From Calditrichota bacterium (GTDB lineage: Bacteria > Zhuqueibacterota > JdFR-76 > BMS3Abin05), in assembly GCA_013151735.1 (NCBI GenBank), contig JAADHR010000179.1, forward strand, positions 12,656 to 76,655: 64,000 nucleotides of DNA, in the 5' to 3' direction. Positions within the stretch are counted from its first letter, which is position 1; the number at the start of each line of letters is the position of its first letter. The notes under the pieces are model-generated. The model made no database searches and had not been told where the DNA came from. It was given only the letters and a program-made list of their open reading frames with translations. The position numbers and the translations under genes were made by a program. Below are positions 58,777 to 64,000 of this stretch, piece by piece.

Positions 58777-60795
58777 TTGATGATGAAAAAGGCAAAAAGA
58801 TTCGGAACGGTGTTTTCGATTGGCCTGATTTTTATTACGGCGGCCGTATTTTTTATAGACTCTTCCAATCGCGCTTTTGTACACGCCCAGAGCAATCAGG
58901 ATTGCCTGGAATGCCATGGGGACCCGGAGTTTACGGGGGAAAATGAACAGGGGAAAGAGGTTTCCCTGTATGTAAGTGTTGATTCGTTAAAGAATTCCGT
59001 ACATGCCGGTTTGGCCTGTACGGATTGCCATTCCGATGTAAAACAATCCCCGCATGAGGAACGCCCTAAAAAGGTGTCGTGCGAGCAATGTCACGAGGAT
59101 ATTTATCAGAACTTTGTACAGGGCGTCCATGGGAGGGCTTTATTGCGGGGCGATAAGGATGCGCCCAGTTGTGCCACCTGCCATGGATCTCACAATATTC
59201 ATCCGTCAGACGATCCCATTTCACCCACATCGAAACTGAATCAACCCAAAACCTGCGCCAAATGCCACGGGGATCCCGCTTTTAACCAGCGTCACAAGAT
59301 TCCAGTAGCCGATCCCACCCGGGCCTATATGCACAGCATTCACAGCCGGATGCTTCAGCAGGGCAAGAATGCAGCAACGTGTAGCGATTGCCATGGTGCC
59401 CATAAAATCCTTCAGGCATCCAATCCCGATTCAAGAATCAATTCCAAAAATGTTCCGGAAACCTGCGGCAAGTGTCACTACAATGAATACAAACAATTTA
59501 TTGAAAGCATCCATGGAGAGGCGCTTCTTAACGGCGTGGATGATGCTCCCAATTGTACGGATTGTCACGGGGAGCATTCAATTCAGGAGGTGACCAGTAA
59601 AAGTTCCCCGGTGAATCCTGAAAATGTGTCGCAGCAAACCTGTGCCCGATGTCACGCGAATGAAACATTGAACGAAAAATTTGGGATGCCGAATGATCGG
59701 GTGTTGACCTACGAAAACAGTTATCATGGTCTGGCTGTCAGGGGGAAATCCAAAATTGCCGCAAACTGCACCAGTTGTCACGGTGTCCACAATATTTATC
59801 CCTCATGGGATCCGCGTTCTACCGTTAACAAAGACAATCTGGATCGAACCTGCGGGAAATGCCATCCGGGAGCAAGTAAACGGTTTACCGCAATTCCCGT
59901 ACATCAACCCAGAAATCCCGCGGAAGCAAAGGCTGCCGACATTATTACCAGAATCTATATTCTTCTGATCATTTCCGTTATTGGCTCAATGTTCTTTCAC
60001 AATTTCCTGATCTGGCTGCAGGCGGTTATCCGGAAATATAGAAAGATCTTAACTGAACCGTCTATCACCCGGTTCAATAAAAGCATGATTATTCAACACT
60101 TTTTTCTTTTTATCTCATTTACAACCCTCGTAATTACGGGATTTGCTCTCAAATTTCCGGATGCCTTCTGGGTGAAAATTTTGAGCTCCATTGGGCTGCA
60201 TGAATCTATTCGATCGGTTATTCACCGGGTTGCCGGAACGATACTGATTGTAACGAGTTTTTATCATTTATTCTGGCTCTTTTTCAGTAAGCGCGGCCGA
60301 ATTGAATTACGTTATATGGTTCCCGTACTCAAGGACGTAACCGATGCCGTCCACAGTGTGGAATATTATCTGGGCTTTCGTGAAACGAAACCGGAATATG
60401 ATAAGTATGATTATACAGAAAAGGCTGAGTACTGGGCCCTTATCTGGGGCACGGTGGTTATGGGGGCCTCTGGTTTGATTCTTTGGTTTCCGGTTATTGC
60501 AGCCAATCTTTTCGGGGGTTGGATTGTTCCGATTGCTTTGCTTTTCCACTACTTTGAAGCGATACTTGCAACGTTAGCCATTTTGGTATGGCATTTCTTC
60601 TTTGTTATTTTCCACCCGAGCGAATATCCTATGAGTTTGGTCAGTATTACAGGAAAAATGCCGTGCGAAGAATGCAAAAAACATCATGGGTACTGGTACC
60701 GAAAACTTATGCATAAAGAACCCGAGTCTATTCGCCGGATGTTCGATGAGAAGGGTGAGTGTGAGGAGTTGGAAGAATACGATGAAGAGTCGTAA
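58777..60795 (+). CDS. Fusion protein: periplasmic 11-haem cytochrome c domain plus C-terminal dihaem cytochrome b (FdnI/HydC-like) membrane domain. CbcL-like.
   Basis: Signal/TM. 11 CXXCH in the first ~370 aa. Then about 5 TM helices with conserved His (…HRVAGTILIV…, …HYFEAILATLAILVWH…). Confidence 0.75.
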   Translation: MMMKKAKRFGTVFSIGLIFITAAVFFIDSSNRAFVHAQSNQDCLECHGDPEFTGENEQGKEVSLYVSVDSLKNSVHAGLACTDCHSDVKQSPHEERPKKVSCEQCHEDIYQNFVQGVHGRALLRGDKDAPSCATCHGSHNIHPSDDPISPTSKLNQPKTCAKCHGDPAFNQRHKIPVADPTRAYMHSIHSRMLQQGKNAATCSDCHGAHKILQASNPDSRINSKNVPETCGKCHYNEYKQFIESIHGEALLNGVDDAPNCTDCHGEHSIQEVTSKSSPVNPENVSQQTCARCHANETLNEKFGMPNDRVLTYENSYHGLAVRGKSKIAANCTSCHGVHNIYPSWDPRSTVNKDNLDRTCGKCHPGASKRFTAIPVHQPRNPAEAKAADIITRIYILLIISVIGSMFFHNFLIWLQAVIRKYRKILTEPSITRFNKSMIIQHFFLFISFTTLVITGFALKFPDAFWVKILSSIGLHESIRSVIHRVAGTILIVTSFYHLFWLFFSKRGRIELRYMVPVLKDVTDAVHSVEYYLGFRETKPEYDKYDYTEKAEYWALIWGTVVMGASGLILWFPVIAANLFGGWIVPIALLFHYFEAILATLAILVWHFFFVIFHPSEYPMSLVSITGKMPCEECKKHHGYWYRKLMHKEPESIRRMFDEKGECEELEEYDEES

Positions 60796-60829
60796 ATCGA
60801 TTTGCATTGTAAAAAGTAATGCAATCAGC

Positions 60830-60863
60830 AGGCCTTTTCCTTTAACGGAAAAGGCCTTTTTTA
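60830..60863 (+). terminator. Rho-independent terminator
   Basis: GGCCTTTTCC-tttaac-GGAAAAGGCC followed by TTTTTT. Confidence 0.6.
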
Positions 60864-60940
60864 TTCTGGACAATTCCTACTCGCATTGTCTTATTAGGAA
60901 TGAGAAATAGTCTCAATAATTCTATTTGTGGAGGGTAATC

Positions 60941-61648
60941 ATGGCTCCAGAAAAAAAACCAGAAGAAATTCAACGATTTTCCTGGAATATCCGAATTCAA
61001 CACTTTATTTTGTTGACCAGCATGATCGTTTTATGCCTGACCGGCCTGGCACTCATGTTTCATGATACCTGGTTTGGGCACCTGGTGATCAAACTGGAAG
61101 GAGGATTTGAAGCAAGAGGAATTATTCATCGCATTTTTGCGGTCATTTTGGTCCTCCTTGGAATTTACCATTCATTTTATGTTCTTTTTACGGAAGAAGG
61201 TCATCAAGAGCTTATGAAATTGCTTCCCACATGGAAGGATGTTCAGGATTTCTTTCATTCATGGACCCTTTCCCTGTCCGGGAAAAAAGAAAGCCGGGAA
61301 TTTGGGAAATACAGTTTTATAAATAAAATTCAATACTGGGGTGTGGTCTTGGGATTTATCGTCATGGTTATTTCCGGTGGCATTCTTTGGTTTCGATCCA
61401 TATCGATGGCTATTTTCCCCAAATGGGTAATTGATCTTGTGGTGATTTTTCATGGATGGCAGGGCTTAATCATTTTCATCGTGTTATTCCTGTGGCATCT
61501 CTATAATGTTCATCTGAATCCGGATTATTTTCCAATGAGCAAGGTGTGGCTCACCGGGAAAATCAGCGTTGATGAACTAAAAAGAAAGCATTATCTGGAA
61601 TATGTGGAACTATTTAAAGAAGATGGGGGGAAAGCTAAAGATGAATAA
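60941..61648 (+). CDS. Dihaem cytochrome b membrane subunit (FdnI/HydC-like)
   Basis: Homologous to the C-terminal domain of the upstream fusion (…IRIQHFILLTSMIV…HRIFAVILVLLGIYH…WHLYNVHLNP…). GGAGGG RBS before MAPEKK. Confidence 0.7.
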   Translation: MAPEKKPEEIQRFSWNIRIQHFILLTSMIVLCLTGLALMFHDTWFGHLVIKLEGGFEARGIIHRIFAVILVLLGIYHSFYVLFTEEGHQELMKLLPTWKDVQDFFHSWTLSLSGKKESREFGKYSFINKIQYWGVVLGFIVMVISGGILWFRSISMAIFPKWVIDLVVIFHGWQGLIIFIVLFLWHLYNVHLNPDYFPMSKVWLTGKISVDELKRKHYLEYVELFKEDGGKAKDE

Positions 61649-62726
61649 AGGCCGTGTGAAAAAATTTGTGATGGCACCTTTGTTTGTGGCCCTTTTTTTA
61701 TCCGTACTTTATGGGCAAACGACTAATACGAAAAAGACAAAAGCCCTGCAATGGCAAAAATGTCTTTTGTGTCATGCCAAACCGGATCTGAAAAAGGTGA
61801 CAAGAGAGGGACACGTCATTTCGCTTTTTGTTGATCAAAAAAAGCTTTTAAATTCTTCCCATAAGAATATTCGATGTCAGGAGTGTCATATTGATATTGT
61901 GACGATTCCTCACAAGGGCGAAATAAAACGGGTGGATTGTACGCGGTGTCATTATGAAGGAAGCCCGATTGAGCCGAAGGGAACGAAACGGTACACCCAA
62001 TTTCAAAAAAGCGCGCACGGACAGGCGTTACTGAAGGGAAATCCCAAAGCACCCCACTGTCAGGATTGTCACGGGGATCATAACATATTGCCGGCCAAAG
62101 ATTCACGGTCGCAGGTAAACAAATTCAATGTCGTCCGTACCTGCGGGAAATGTCACACGAATGAATATCGGGATTATGAGGAGAGTATTCATGCAAAACT
62201 GCTGAACCAGAAAAAACCCGAGGCGCCTTCCTGTACAGACTGCCACGGTGGTCACACGATTGAGCCTCCCACGCAAAAGAGTTCATCGGTGTACGGCACG
62301 AAAATCCCGGATACCTGTTCCCGATGTCATTCTTCGGTAAAAATTGTTGGAAAATATGGCATTCCGACCCAGCAGGTACTCACCTATGAAGACAGCTTTC
62401 ATGGAATTGCAACGAAATTCGGGGATGAGAAAGCGGCTAATTGCGCCAGTTGTCACGGGTATCACAGCATATTGCCTGCGAGCGATCCACGTTCGCCAAT
62501 CAACAAAAAGAATTTGCCGCACACCTGCGGAAAATGTCATAAAAATGCCAATAAGAATTTTGCAAAGGGGAAGATACATGTCGACCCGCATAGCAAAAGC
62601 TCAGGAATTATCTATTATGTTGGCCTGTTTTTTAAGTATTTAACCATATCTGTTCTTTTTGCATTAATTATACATATTTTTTTGGATCTAAATCGTAAAT
62701 TTCATGAGAAGAAAGAGGAACGATAG
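61641..62726 (+). CDS. Nine-haem cytochrome c with signal peptide and C-terminal TM anchor
   Basis: 9 CXXCH (CLLCH, CQECH, CTRCH, CQDCH, CGKCH, CTDCH, CSRCH, CASCH, CGKCH); hydrophobic C-terminal helix. Confidence 0.75.
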   Translation: MNKGRVKKFVMAPLFVALFLSVLYGQTTNTKKTKALQWQKCLLCHAKPDLKKVTREGHVISLFVDQKKLLNSSHKNIRCQECHIDIVTIPHKGEIKRVDCTRCHYEGSPIEPKGTKRYTQFQKSAHGQALLKGNPKAPHCQDCHGDHNILPAKDSRSQVNKFNVVRTCGKCHTNEYRDYEESIHAKLLNQKKPEAPSCTDCHGGHTIEPPTQKSSSVYGTKIPDTCSRCHSSVKIVGKYGIPTQQVLTYEDSFHGIATKFGDEKAANCASCHGYHSILPASDPRSPINKKNLPHTCGKCHKNANKNFAKGKIHVDPHSKSSGIIYYVGLFFKYLTISVLFALIIHIFLDLNRKFHEKKEER

Positions 62727-62731
62727 TATTT

Positions 62732-63697
62732 ATGAAAGAGGAACCATTAAAAAAGGGTGAAATTGCCGCCATCGAAAAAGATTTAAAGGAGTTTATCCGG
62801 CAGCAGATTCAAGACCATCTTGCAAATGAAGTAAATGAATCCTACGCAGAAGAGCTGGAAAAGAAATTTTTGAACCGGTTTGAACAGCAATTGGATAGGC
62901 TGAAAGGGGAACTTCATCAAGAAATATTGGAAGAAATAGAATATAAAAAGAAACAAATTCTTCACAAGAAAAAGAAGGAACGAAAAGAAAAGGAAACCAT
63001 TCAATCGGTAGAGAGATTCTCACTGAGTATTCGTATCCAGCATGTTATCATGTTCACATCGGTGCTGATTCTCATTTTCACGGGATTACCCATAAAATTT
63101 CACGACGCGGCGCTCTCAAGGTTCTTAATCACGCTATATGGAGGCATTCAAACGACGCGCTTTATTCATCGGATAGGGGCTACAGGCCTGATTTTTGTGG
63201 GTGTTTTTCATCTGATCTATCTCATTTTTACAAAAGACGGACGAAACAATTTTAAGGAGCTCTTTCCAAGTAAAAAAGATTTTATTGATGTATATCAGGC
63301 CATCCGGTATTTTTTGGGACTCAGTGAAGAAAAACCCAAATTTGGCCGGTTTACGTATATTGAAAAATTCGATTATTGGGCGGTGTACTGGGGGATGATT
63401 GTCATGATTGGAACAGGCCTTATTTTGTGGTTTGAAAATATCTCTCTCCGTATTCTGCCAAAATTCATATCGGACATCGCCATCGAAGTGCACAGCGATG
63501 AAGCCATGCTGGCAACACTGGTCATTGTTATCTGGCATTTTTACAATGCTCACTTTAATCCGTCCAAATTTCCGCTGAATAAAACGATTTTTACCGGAAG
63601 AATATCCATCGAAGATTTGAAGGAGGAACATCCTCTCGAATATGAGAAACTCCTTAAAGAAGGAAAAATTCCAAAGCTGGAGGAAGAAGATTCATGA
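62732..63697 (+). CDS. Dihaem cytochrome b-like membrane subunit with N-terminal charged coiled-coil extension
   Basis: C-terminal 220 aa parallel the 60941 protein (…[14 protein letters not shown]…[15 protein letters not shown]…[10 protein letters not shown]…). N-terminal ~95 aa rich in E/K heptads. Confidence 0.65.
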   Translation: MKEEPLKKGEIAAIEKDLKEFIRQQIQDHLANEVNESYAEELEKKFLNRFEQQLDRLKGELHQEILEEIEYKKKQILHKKKKERKEKETIQSVERFSLSIRIQHVIMFTSVLILIFTGLPIKFHDAALSRFLITLYGGIQTTRFIHRIGATGLIFVGVFHLIYLIFTKDGRNNFKELFPSKKDFIDVYQAIRYFLGLSEEKPKFGRFTYIEKFDYWAVYWGMIVMIGTGLILWFENISLRILPKFISDIAIEVHSDEAMLATLVIVIWHFYNAHFNPSKFPLNKTIFTGRISIEDLKEEHPLEYEKLLKEGKIPKLEEEDS

Positions 63698-64000
63698 AGA
63701 GTTTCTTGGCCGATTTTTGGAATCTTATACGAAAACATTATCGATTTTTGGTGATGGTTTTTCTCATTATTTTTGGAGTGCTTGTTTTTGTTGATCTTGG
63801 ATTTTATACGTCTTCGGTTATAGCTCCCAAAACGTGTGCTGTCTGCCATTATGAGACATCGGTCGTGAATCGCTGGGAAAATTCCTACCATGCCGACGTC
63901 AGTTGTTCCAAATGTCACACCTACAGTCCGGGAACCTACATTCGATTCATCTGGAAATATTGGACGGGGACATACCGCTTTCAAATCAATCCGCACATTA
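63694..64000 (+). CDS. NapC/NirT/NrfH-like membrane-anchored cytochrome c. The 3' end runs off the window.
   Basis: N-terminal TM, then CAVCH and CSKCH within the first 70 aa; ATGA overlap with the upstream gene. Confidence 0.5.
   Translation, partial: MKSFLADFWNLIRKHYRFLVMVFLIIFGVLVFVDLGFYTSSVIAPKTCAVCHYETSVVNRWENSYHADVSCSKCHTYSPGTYIRFIWKYWTGTYRFQINPHI

Noticed and set aside
1-64000. Mobile elements, prophage remnants and CRISPR arrays
   Set aside because: No transposase- or integrase-like ORFs, terminal inverted repeats flanking genes, short identical direct repeats with spacers, or cas-like genes were recognised anywhere in the window.

Overview
This 64-kb window is about 47% GC by eye. 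It looks like it comes from a bacterium with a type IX secretion system, plausibly FCB-group (Calditrichota- or Ignavibacteria-like); that placement is inference only. No IS elements, integrases or CRISPR arrays were seen. Three themes stand out.
(1) A surface-protein island at 15.0-28.4 kb. Two giant adjacent type-IX-secretion cargo proteins: a 1401-aa protein with carboxypeptidase-regulatory-like repeats, a canonical two-repeat dockerin and a cohesin-like module, and a 2243-aa protein with eight tandem cohesin-like modules alternating with FN3-like modules. Both end in T9SS C-terminal sorting domains. They are flanked by two outer-membrane barrels with a FadL/PorV-like 'NPA' hatch motif. This is a cellulosome-like cohesin-dockerin architecture grafted onto T9SS cargo.
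(2) A respiratory locus at 46.9-64.0 kb. An outer-membrane barrel, then a membrane-anchored tetraheme cytochrome c, then napA-napD-napG-napH-ferredoxin with no napB or napC. This is followed directly by a Rieske/cytochrome b (complex-III-like) pair and a membrane-anchored octaheme HAO/ONR-superfamily cytochrome. After that come a periplasmic tetraheme cytochrome and three successive modules of multiheme cytochrome c plus dihaem cytochrome b (FdnI/HydC-like); the first module is a CbcL-like fusion.
(3) Molybdenum-cofactor genes (mobA and a divergent moeA-like gene), with a candidate Moco riboswitch controlling a small membrane protein and a THEP1-like NTPase.
The rest of the window holds a MATE transporter, a 1104-aa multi-GAF histidine kinase plus a sigma-54 response regulator with a candidate sigma-54 promoter driving an orphan receiver gene, a tRNA Gly-Cys-Leu-Val operon, an M1 aminopeptidase, two S9 peptidases, SppA, a lipoprotein serpin, patatin, SDR, a PP2C phosphatase, and a D-lyxose-isomerase-like/PfkB kinase pair.
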